Shown piece after piece: positions 56,628 through 64,000 of a stretch of DNA of 64,000 nt. Numbering within the stretch: the first letter of the stretch is position 1; each line of letters begins with the position of its first letter. Origin of the DNA: Bacteroidales bacterium. GTDB taxonomy: Bacteria; Planctomycetota; Planctomycetia; Gemmatales; Gemmataceae. The notes below the pieces were generated by a model that worked only from the letters and a program-made list of their open reading frames with translations, was not told where the DNA came from and searched no databases. Both the position numbers and the translations under genes were made by a program. The stretch lies in contig JAIXLE010000177.1 in the NCBI GenBank assembly GCA_026931725.1, positions 6,781 to 70,780 of the forward strand, read 5' to 3'.

Positions 56628-58655
56628 ATGAGAGATCGCACCACCCACACGGGGGCTGCTATGGGGACGATCAGCCTCGGATGGCGATGCGTTTGGGGAT
56701 CACTATTGGGGGCCGCCAGTTTGTCTGGGGTGGCTTGGGCCATCGACCCCGCGCCGGTCGTGCCGCAGCCCAGCGCCCCGATTGTCGCATGGGAAAGTAC
56801 GGCCCCGGCAGGGGAAGCCCCGGTAGGGGAAACCCCGGCAGGACCAGTGGGACCGCCGTTTCTGGAAGGCCCGCTCCACCCCGTTCCCGCACCGGCTCCT
56901 CCTGGGCAGCCGCCGCTGCTCGATCGCCCGATTGGCCCGGATGATCTAAAGCCAATTTCTGAGCCAGGGCCGACCTTCACCCGCACGCTCATCGACCCGA
57001 CGACCGGCTATTCTGGTCCCTCGGGGGTGCTTCCCACGATTCACTCGACGGCGGATTATGTGCCGATGCCCGATCGCTGGCGGATTGGCTATCCCGAATG
57101 GGACCGCTACGACCGGGGACAACCCGTCCTCGACCAGTACCCCTACACCCTGGGGACGTATTTTGACCCGTACAACCAGAATCGCCTCAAAGGCGATTAC
57201 CCGGTGATTGGTCAGCACACGTTCTTCAACTTCACAGGGACATTGCTTTCGCTGAACCAGTACGCGAACATTCCGACGCAGACGACGCCGTTTGAGAGTA
57301 CGGCTCGACCGTTCACGAATGAGTTCTTCGGAAAGAATAATAATTACTTTACCAGTAACTTTCTGTTCACGAGTTTTGATCTGTTCCACGGTGACGCGGC
57401 TTTCAAACCGAATGACTGGCGGTTCCGTTTGACACCCGTGTTCAACATGAACAGCTTGTCGGTATCGGAACTGGCCGTAGTCAGTCCGAACGTGCTGGAA
57501 GGGGCCACGCGGAATCGGACCTGGTTTGCCCTGCAAGAGTTCTTCGCGGACTTCAAGATCGCGGATACCAGTTCAGAGTACGATTTTGTCTCCGCCCGGT
57601 TCGGTTCGCAGCCGTTCGTGTCGGACTTTCGCGGGTTCATTTACGCGGATACGAACCTGATGGCCCGCGTCTACGGGACACGCCGAGGGAACAAAGAGCA
57701 GTTCAACTTGGTGTATACGGAGCAGTTTGAGAAAGACACTTTCAGTGGTTTGAATACATTTCACGATCGCCATCAGAACGTAACGATTGCCAACTACTTT
57801 GTCCAGGACTTTTACTTCCCTGGTTATACACTGTTGGCGAACGTCCACTATAATGATGATCAGCCGAGTACCCGCTACGACCGGGCGGGCTTTTTGGTCC
57901 GGCCCGACCCGACGGGGGTGTTCCAACAGCACCGCGTGCAGACGGTGTACCTTGGCCTCGGGGGTGATGGGCACATTGGTCGCTTCAACGTCAACCACAT
58001 GGCGTACTGGGTCGTGGGGCGAGACAGTTTGAACCCGATCGGCAATCAGGAGCAGGATGTCAGCGCCCAGTTCGCCGCCATGGAAGTGTCGTATGACCGG
58101 GATTGGATCCGGTTCCGGGCCTCGGGGGCGTATTCCTCGGGTGACGGCAACGCCAACAACAGCCGGGCCACGGGTTTCGATACGATCATGGCGAACCCGG
58201 TCTTCGCGGGGGGAGAGTTCAGCTACTTTCAACGGAATGGCTTGCCGCTGTTCGGGGTGCAGACCGTGGGGCGGCTGCAACTGACACCGAACCTGCGTTC
58301 CAGTCCGATTCAGGGTCAGGCCAACTATGTGAATCCGGGGCTGTGGCTGGTCAACGGCGGCATGGACTTGGAAATCACGCCCCGGTTGCGGTCGATCAAT
58401 AACGTCAACTTCCTCTGGTTCGATAAGACCAACGCCCTCGAAACCTTCCTGTTCCAGCCGGGGATTGATCGAGAAATTGGGACGGACTTGAGTACCGGCC
58501 TCGAATATCGGCCGTTGTTGAACAACCAGATGGTGTTCCTGGCCGGAGCGGCAGTCCTGATTCCGGCGAGCGGGTTCCAGGCGTTGTATCAGCGACTGGA
58601 TCGGAATGTCAACCCGCTGGCCTCGGTGTTCGTGGAAGCGGTGTTCCAGTATTAA
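56628..58655 (+). CDS. putative outer-membrane beta-barrel protein
   Basis: Signal peptide …GWRCVWGSLLGAASLSGVAWA. Pro-rich linker, alternating aromatic beta-strand pattern, C-terminal …VFVEAVFQY (terminal aromatic). Start is 56628 or 56661. Confidence 0.5.
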   Translation: MRDRTTHTGAAMGTISLGWRCVWGSLLGAASLSGVAWAIDPAPVVPQPSAPIVAWESTAPAGEAPVGETPAGPVGPPFLEGPLHPVPAPAPPGQPPLLDRPIGPDDLKPISEPGPTFTRTLIDPTTGYSGPSGVLPTIHSTADYVPMPDRWRIGYPEWDRYDRGQPVLDQYPYTLGTYFDPYNQNRLKGDYPVIGQHTFFNFTGTLLSLNQYANIPTQTTPFESTARPFTNEFFGKNNNYFTSNFLFTSFDLFHGDAAFKPNDWRFRLTPVFNMNSLSVSELAVVSPNVLEGATRNRTWFALQEFFADFKIADTSSEYDFVSARFGSQPFVSDFRGFIYADTNLMARVYGTRRGNKEQFNLVYTEQFEKDTFSGLNTFHDRHQNVTIANYFVQDFYFPGYTLLANVHYNDDQPSTRYDRAGFLVRPDPTGVFQQHRVQTVYLGLGGDGHIGRFNVNHMAYWVVGRDSLNPIGNQEQDVSAQFAAMEVSYDRDWIRFRASGAYSSGDGNANNSRATGFDTIMANPVFAGGEFSYFQRNGLPLFGVQTVGRLQLTPNLRSSPIQGQANYVNPGLWLVNGGMDLEITPRLRSINNVNFLWFDKTNALETFLFQPGIDREIGTDLSTGLEYRPLLNNQMVFLAGAAVLIPASGFQALYQRLDRNVNPLASVFVEAVFQY

Positions 58656-58776
58656 ATCCATGAAATCGGGCGTTGGAGTCGGATTCCCTTTGCCGGTCGG
58701 TTCATGGTATTCTCGGAGCTATAATGGACAATGTGAGAAGCCATCGGCCACATTCCCCGTGCCGTGATTGTAGCCT

Positions 58777-60654
58777 ATGACCGTCAACAACACTCCCGCC
58801 GGACAATTGTTGCTGCGGGCTCAAGGGCGTTCCAAGTCCGGTTCCGAGACAATCAGCCGGGATTTCCGGGTTCCAGAAGGCGTGACGCTCCGATTGGGGC
58901 GGGAAGCGCGGATGGCCCCTTCGGTGCCGGGTTTCAACCCGGAGCGAGGTGCGGACCTGGTTTTCCCGGACGATGACCACATTTCCAACAATCATGCCCG
59001 CGTCACTTGGGATGGGACACGGTTGCACGTTGTCCAGAATCCCCAAGCCAAGAATCAGATTTACATTCTCGATAGCAGCGTACCCGAAGTGGCCCGGCCA
59101 GAAGCGGACTTTTATGTCTCCGCTTACGAGCGATTCCGCATTGGGAACACGGTCTTCACGCTGCTGCCCGATACCGGCCCCATTGAACGGACGATGTCGG
59201 GGGAAGAACTCCGCCATATGGGGTTCGTCGACCCGACTCCGCGGATTGAAGCCCTGGCCGCTCTGCCGGAGTTGATCCGCCTTTCACCGGATGAGGCGAC
59301 GCTCGAAGAGGAATTATTGCGGGTGGTGCTGCGGGGAGTACCGCGTGCGGATGTCGCGGCTCTGGTGGCCATTCCACCCGATGCGGTGGAGGAATCCGCG
59401 GGGGTGCGTATCAAATCCGTGCAGTGGCGGTTCCGGGAACAAGCTGGTTTCAAGCCCAGTCGCCAGCTAGTGTACCGATCGTTGCGTGGCTTTGAGAATG
59501 TGCGGTACATCTGGACGGACAATCTGCAACAATCCGCGATGGGTGCCCCATCGTGGGATGGGCCGACCATCGGGGCGGGTACGGATTGGGCCGTCTGCGT
59601 GCGTTTGCTCGGTTCCGTTCATGAGGGGCTGTACCTGGCCGGGCGCCTCGGGGCGGAACTAGCGTTGACATCGGAACGAACGGATGCTCCCCAATTGAAT
59701 GGAGACATGAAATTCATCAAGCTGGCCGGCGACATCTTTTCCGGGCTCCGCGAACTTCGTCAGTTGCAGAACCGGGAAAGTTTTTTGGCTCAGATCCTCA
59801 GCCCCGTACTCCGCAATGCGGTGCAGGACCGTTCTCTGGAAGAACTCACCCGCCCACAGGAATTGATTACGACCGTGCTATTCTGCGACCTGCGAGGTTT
59901 TACTTCCACGGTCCAACGGGGGGAACAGGATCTGCTCGGCACTTGGAAGACTTTGTCTGAAGCCTTGGATGAGATGACGCGGGCGATCGTCGCTCAGGAT
60001 GGCGTGATCGGCGATTTTCAGGGCGATGCCGCGATGGGGTTTTGGGGTTGGCCGTTGCCGCAGGCCGATCAGATCGACCGCGCCGCCAAGGCGGCCCTGG
60101 AAATTCGACGGCGTTTCAGCGCCTGTGCCAAGGTGTCGAGCCATCCGCTCGCCGGGTTAGCTTGCGGGGTGGGTATCGCACACGGCCCCGCTGTGGCCGG
60201 GAAACTCGGAACATTCGATCAGATCAAGATTGGGGTCTTTGGCCCAGTGGTCAACCGGGCCTCCCGGCTCGAAGCGGCGACCAAAGCGCTCCAAGTCCCG
60301 ATCCTGATCGACGAAGCCGTGGCCAAAGCCCTCACCACGGGGCGACCTTGGTGCCGCATTCGACGATTGGCGCGGGTGGTCCCCAAAGGGCTGGCCGATC
60401 CGGTCCTCATCGCGGAACTGCTGCCGCCCGAACTGGATCGCAACGGCCCGAACATGACCGAGAGCAATCGTCAACTCTACGAAGCGGCCCTGACGAAGTT
60501 TTTGAACAAAGACTGGTCTGGGTTCCGCATGATGGTGAAATCGCTGCCCAATGATGGCCCAGTGGAGTTCATCTCGCGTTTCATCGACCGACCCGAACAC
60601 GTCGGCGGCAAACCGCCCCCAGACTGGAACGGCGGCATTCCGGTTGAGAAATAA
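58777..60654 (+). CDS. FHA domain-containing class III adenylate/guanylate cyclase
   Basis: 625 aa. N-terminal FHA-like region (LRLGRE…DDDHISNNHARVTWDG). C-terminal cyclase motifs TVLFCDLRGFTS, GDFQGDAAMGFWG, GPVVNRASRLE. Confidence 0.85.
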   Translation: MTVNNTPAGQLLLRAQGRSKSGSETISRDFRVPEGVTLRLGREARMAPSVPGFNPERGADLVFPDDDHISNNHARVTWDGTRLHVVQNPQAKNQIYILDSSVPEVARPEADFYVSAYERFRIGNTVFTLLPDTGPIERTMSGEELRHMGFVDPTPRIEALAALPELIRLSPDEATLEEELLRVVLRGVPRADVAALVAIPPDAVEESAGVRIKSVQWRFREQAGFKPSRQLVYRSLRGFENVRYIWTDNLQQSAMGAPSWDGPTIGAGTDWAVCVRLLGSVHEGLYLAGRLGAELALTSERTDAPQLNGDMKFIKLAGDIFSGLRELRQLQNRESFLAQILSPVLRNAVQDRSLEELTRPQELITTVLFCDLRGFTSTVQRGEQDLLGTWKTLSEALDEMTRAIVAQDGVIGDFQGDAAMGFWGWPLPQADQIDRAAKAALEIRRRFSACAKVSSHPLAGLACGVGIAHGPAVAGKLGTFDQIKIGVFGPVVNRASRLEAATKALQVPILIDEAVAKALTTGRPWCRIRRLARVVPKGLADPVLIAELLPPELDRNGPNMTESNRQLYEAALTKFLNKDWSGFRMMVKSLPNDGPVEFISRFIDRPEHVGGKPPPDWNGGIPVEK

Positions 60655-60797
60655 CGACCTGGCGATGCGGAGCCACTTGGGAAGTGGGCCAGGGGAATGC
60701 GATTACGCATGCGATTCCCGATGAGACATTCGGGGCGGGGTGGCGTATCCGAAGACGTATCCCTGCCCAAGCCTTCTCCTGACCCGGAAAGCGATCC

Positions 60798-61403
60798 GTG
60801 ACCACGATCATCTTTGATTTCGGCAACGTCCTGGCGTTCTTTAACCATGCTCACGCTGTCGAGAAGTTGGTACGACATACCGATATGTCCGCCGCGGAGT
60901 TGTTCCAGACACTTTACGGCAGCCCGATTGAGGATCAGTACGAACGGGGCCAACTCTCCACCGCCGAGTATGTCCGATTGGGGAAGCAGTATGGCCGGCT
61001 CACCTGTTCGGATGCCGAGTTCCTGGCCGCGTTCGTCGATATTTTTCAGAAGAACGACGAAACCCACGCCCTGATTCCCCGGTTGAAACCGCGTTACCGG
61101 CTCGCGCTGGCCAGCAACACCAACGCGGCCCACTTTGGCCAGTTCACGCAGCAATTCGCCGTGGTCCTCGACACCTTTGACGTGCTGTGTCCCTCGCACC
61201 GTTGCGGGTATCGCAAGCCGGAAGCGGAGTATTTCGCCTCCGTTCAGCAGCATGTTCAGGCAGACCCGGATGAGTGCCTCTTCATAGACGATCTGGCCAG
61301 TAATGTCGAGGCGGCCCGTCGTCACGGTTGGCGGGCCATTTGTTACGACCGACCCGGAACGCTGGCGGCTGATCTCACGGCGGCTGGGGTACTGCTCGAT
61401 TGA
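60798..61403 (+). CDS. HAD superfamily hydrolase (subfamily IA)
   Basis: GTG start. TIIFDFGNVL (DxG/D motif I), LASNTN, FIDDLASNVEAA (motif IV). Confidence 0.85.
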   Translation: MTTIIFDFGNVLAFFNHAHAVEKLVRHTDMSAAELFQTLYGSPIEDQYERGQLSTAEYVRLGKQYGRLTCSDAEFLAAFVDIFQKNDETHALIPRLKPRYRLALASNTNAAHFGQFTQQFAVVLDTFDVLCPSHRCGYRKPEAEYFASVQQHVQADPDECLFIDDLASNVEAARRHGWRAICYDRPGTLAADLTAAGVLLD

Positions 61404-61493
61404 GGGAACCCGTATCGTAAGTGTACCGGGTTGGGTGAACCGCGCGTCCCCAGCACCGCGTCTGCACTATCCATTGAAGGGAGCCGTTCGGGT

Positions 61494-62738
61494 ATGGACA
61501 TTTTGCAACAAGCCGATCCCGCGGTGTGGCACGCCATTCAGGGCGAAGTGAATCGGCAACGGTTCGGCCTGGAGATGATCGCTTCCGAGAACTACACGAG
61601 CCGAGCTGTCATGGCCGCTCAGGGAACGGTCCTCACCAACAAGTACGCGGAAGGCTACCCTGGCCGCCGTTACTATGGTGGGTGTGAGTTCGTCGATGAA
61701 GTGGAACGACTGGCCATCGACCGGCTGAAAGAACTGTTCGGGGCCGATCACGCGAACGTCCAGCCGCACTCCGGGGCGCAGGCAAACACGGCGGTCTTCT
61801 TGGCCACGCTGCAACCGGGCGACACGATTTTGGGGCTCGACCTCGCCCACGGCGGGCACCTGACCCACGGGATGAAGTTGAATTTCTCCGGCAAATACTT
61901 CCAGGTCACCTCATACGGTGTCACCCCGGACACGCACCGGATCGACTTCGATCAGATGGCCCGGCAAGCCCGTGAACACAAGCCCAAGCTGATCATTGCC
62001 GGGGCATCGGCGTATCCGCGGGAGATCGACTTCACCAAGTTTGCCGAGATCGCCCAGGAAGTCGGCGCGCTGCTCATGGTGGACATGGCCCACATCGCTG
62101 GCTTGGTGGCCGCGAAACTGCACATGGACCCCGTGCCGCACGCGGATTTCGTGACTTCCACGACCCACAAGACCTTGCGTGGCCCGCGTGCGGGGTTGAT
62201 CCTTTGCCGGGAGCAGTGGGCCAAACCGATTGATTCCGCTGTCTTCCCCGGTACACAGGGCGGCCCCCTGATGCACGTCATCGCGGGGAAAGCCGTCGCA
62301 TTCGCCGAGGCATTGCGACCCGAATTCCGCGACTATGCCGCCCAGACGATCGCCAATGCGAAAGCCTTCGGCGATGCCTTGCTCGCGGCCGGTTTCCGAG
62401 TCATTTCCGGCGGCACGGACAATCACCTGCTGTTGGTGGACGTGACCAGCAAAGGGCCAACCGGCAAGATCGCCGAGAAGGCATTGGACGCGGCCGGGAT
62501 CACGGTGAACAAGAACATGATCCCCTACGACCCCCGCAAGCCATTAGACCCCTCCGGCATCCGCTTTGGGACACCGGCTCTGACGACGCGCGGCATGAAA
62601 GAGTCCGAAATGCGGCAAATCGCCCGCTGGGTCACGGAGGTGCTCACCCGCCCGGACGATGATGATCTGATCGCCCGCATCCGCGGCAGCGTCCACGAAC
62701 TGTGCAGCCAATTCCCGGTCCCTGCCGATCGGGCGTGA
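61494..62738 (+). CDS. glyA: serine hydroxymethyltransferase
   Basis: ATG at 61494 after [43 protein letters not shown] (PLP-Lys), GTQGGPLMH. Confidence 0.95.
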   Translation: MDILQQADPAVWHAIQGEVNRQRFGLEMIASENYTSRAVMAAQGTVLTNKYAEGYPGRRYYGGCEFVDEVERLAIDRLKELFGADHANVQPHSGAQANTAVFLATLQPGDTILGLDLAHGGHLTHGMKLNFSGKYFQVTSYGVTPDTHRIDFDQMARQAREHKPKLIIAGASAYPREIDFTKFAEIAQEVGALLMVDMAHIAGLVAAKLHMDPVPHADFVTSTTHKTLRGPRAGLILCREQWAKPIDSAVFPGTQGGPLMHVIAGKAVAFAEALRPEFRDYAAQTIANAKAFGDALLAAGFRVISGGTDNHLLLVDVTSKGPTGKIAEKALDAAGITVNKNMIPYDPRKPLDPSGIRFGTPALTTRGMKESEMRQIARWVTEVLTRPDDDDLIARIRGSVHELCSQFPVPADRA

Positions 62739-62792
62739 GCAACAACGCGGTGTGTGGAACGAAACGTCTGAGCATTACTGCGGATGTAGGGT

Positions 62793-62835
62793 GGTTGTGG
62801 GGTACGTTCATCGTGAACACCCACAACGCCTTTTA
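62793..62835 (+). terminator. possible glyA terminator (branched hairpin plus T-tract)
   Basis: gttgtggg (62794-801) pairs with cccacaac (62820-27). Inner gttca/tgaac stem, then gccttttacc. Confidence 0.35.
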
Positions 62836-63268
62836 CCATGTCAATAGATCATGTCTGCATGGAATCAATATCCCGGCCTCATATTCCACTTCTCGATGAT
62901 GTGATCAATCGGGATCCGAATTCAGATAATGGAGTCGCAATTCTGGAATTGCCGCGCATATACACGTTCCCTGGTGGGAATCATTGCTAACTTGGCATTG
63001 CATCTGATGGGGTAAAATTTAATACTTGTCATTATAATGATAATGAATTCATGTGAAATATGCAAAAGTGATCGTGACAAAAGAAATCGTCCGATAATCG
63101 CGGCAATTAATCAAGAAAATATCAGGTGTGTCCTGGATTCATTCACAATCGTGGTTAAAGATGCAGTGGTCAACTCGTAATAATCCTCACACGCGAATGT
63201 CCGCGTACCGTTACATGGTTTAACCGCGAGGTTGACCGAATGTTGAGCATGACTTCAACATATGAGGT

Positions 63269-63301
63269 GTTGTTCACTGGTGCGTGACACCAGTGAACAA
63301 C
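63269..63301. repeat. perfect 14-bp-stem inverted repeat (5-nt loop)
   Basis: gttgttcactggtg-cgtga-caccagtgaacaac, read directly. Adjacent TGTTGA-n8-TCAACA at 63241-63260. Lies in an AT-rich leader. Confidence 0.85.
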
Positions 63302-63385
63302 CGGAATTCAGGATGAAATCATCGCATTAGCGTGGCGCTAGGAAGGCACATCCACAGAACAATCTACACCTACGGGACTCCTGTC

Positions 63386-64000
63386 ATGACCACAGCCCAT
63401 CGCTCTCGCCCCTTGCGTGTTCTCTCTCTCTCGAAGACCGCATTACTCCTGCGGTCGGTGATTTGAACCCACTATTTGGTGGAGGTGACGGCCTATTGAA
63501 TCTCCCCTTACTTTTGGGAGCCACACCCGGTCAAGCCAGTGCCGTTGCAACAACGTCCAGCGGAGATGTGTTTACGGTTGGTGAGCCTACAGGTACGATC
63601 CTCCCTTTGCTTTCCGAAGTGCAATTCTCCGTTACCAAGACGAATTCCAGCGGAGTTCCGGACACTAGCTTTGACGGAGATGGCACCGCCATCATTGGTG
63701 GATTCGGCTTGGGGCTCCTGCCAGGGCTGCTTGGTTCCCGAGGGATGGCTGCTGACGTTGCCGTACAATCCGATGGCAAGGTCGTTGTCGCGGCCACCTT
63801 GGAATCCACTGTTGTACTCGGTACATCCACACAAGTTGTGGTATTCCGGCTGAATACGGATGGTTCTTTAGACACAACCTTTGATACTGATGGACGAGTC
63901 TTCTTTGATTTTAACGGAACCGGTGGGGATTCCCAAGCTGCCGGAGTCCAGGTCCTGCCCGATGGGCGTATCCTCGTGACCGGCACGGACGCCAAGAACT
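63386..64000 (+). pseudogene. large secreted delta-60-repeat (beta-propeller) protein, 3' end outside window; ATG out of frame with body
   Basis: ATG 63386 (frame 2) gives MTTAHRSRPLRVLSLS… and stops at 63464. The body, in frame 1 from the (TC)6 tract, reads LEDRITPAVGDLNPLFGGGDG…VQSDGKVVVAA…FRLNTDGSLDTTFDTDGRV…VLPDGRILVTG, i.e. the delta-60 repeat pattern. Confidence 0.65.
63421..63432. repeat. (TC)6 dinucleotide microsatellite inside the 5' end of a coding region
   Basis: tctctctctctc, read directly. Confidence 0.95.

Noticed and set aside
57573-58661. 362-aa ORF on the - strand
   Set aside because: Antisense to the putative OM barrel gene. The + frame has a signal peptide and a terminal aromatic residue. 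The - frame is Arg/Pro/Gly-rich.
60477-61325. 282-aa ORF on the - strand spanning the cyclase end and the HAD gene
   Set aside because: It crosses an intergenic region and is antisense to two genes with clear motifs.

Overview
High-GC bacterial chromosome segment, by eye roughly 55-60% GC. The gene content points to Planctomycetota, probably a Gemmataceae-like lineage. Supporting markers are a DUF1559 protein with a prepilin-type N-terminus, a DUF1501 C-terminus, an 'LEDRxxPA' secretion-type N-terminal motif, a short SecA paralog and many signal-peptide or lipoprotein ORFs. The window is mostly housekeeping and accessory-metabolic genes:
- selA, xseA/xseB, xylA, pdxA, glyA, rpsB-tsf-rpsT and NAMPT;
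- an acyl-CoA carboxyltransferase, an asparaginase, an RND-MFP-TolC efflux operon and an FHA-adenylate cyclase.

I found no rRNA, tRNA, CRISPR array, transposase or integrase.

Main points of interest:
1. Three caspase-fold (C14) paralogs lie within 27 kb. Two are secreted, apparently active, and divergently arranged. The third is a catalytically dead pseudo-caspase domain fused to an apparently active S41/Ctp protease.
2. Four or five genes have their reading frame broken at simple-sequence tracts or just before a natural stop: C5, C8, (TC)6, one unassigned site, and an M42 peptidase that reads through into the shadow frame of its convergent neighbour. This means either an indel-prone assembly or contingency-type loci.
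3. A REP-like palindromic element family (AACCGGGGAC-TGYC-GTCCCCGGTT) occurs at four or more intergenic sites, one of them a 39-bp tandem duplication.
4. An AT-rich control region carries direct repeats, a sigma70-like promoter and an overlapping 5-N4-5 palindrome. It sits upstream of two small Cys-rich genes of unknown function.

All functional calls come from motif recognition by eye on the supplied translations. No database search was run. Many long antisense 'shadow' ORFs typical of high-GC DNA were rejected.
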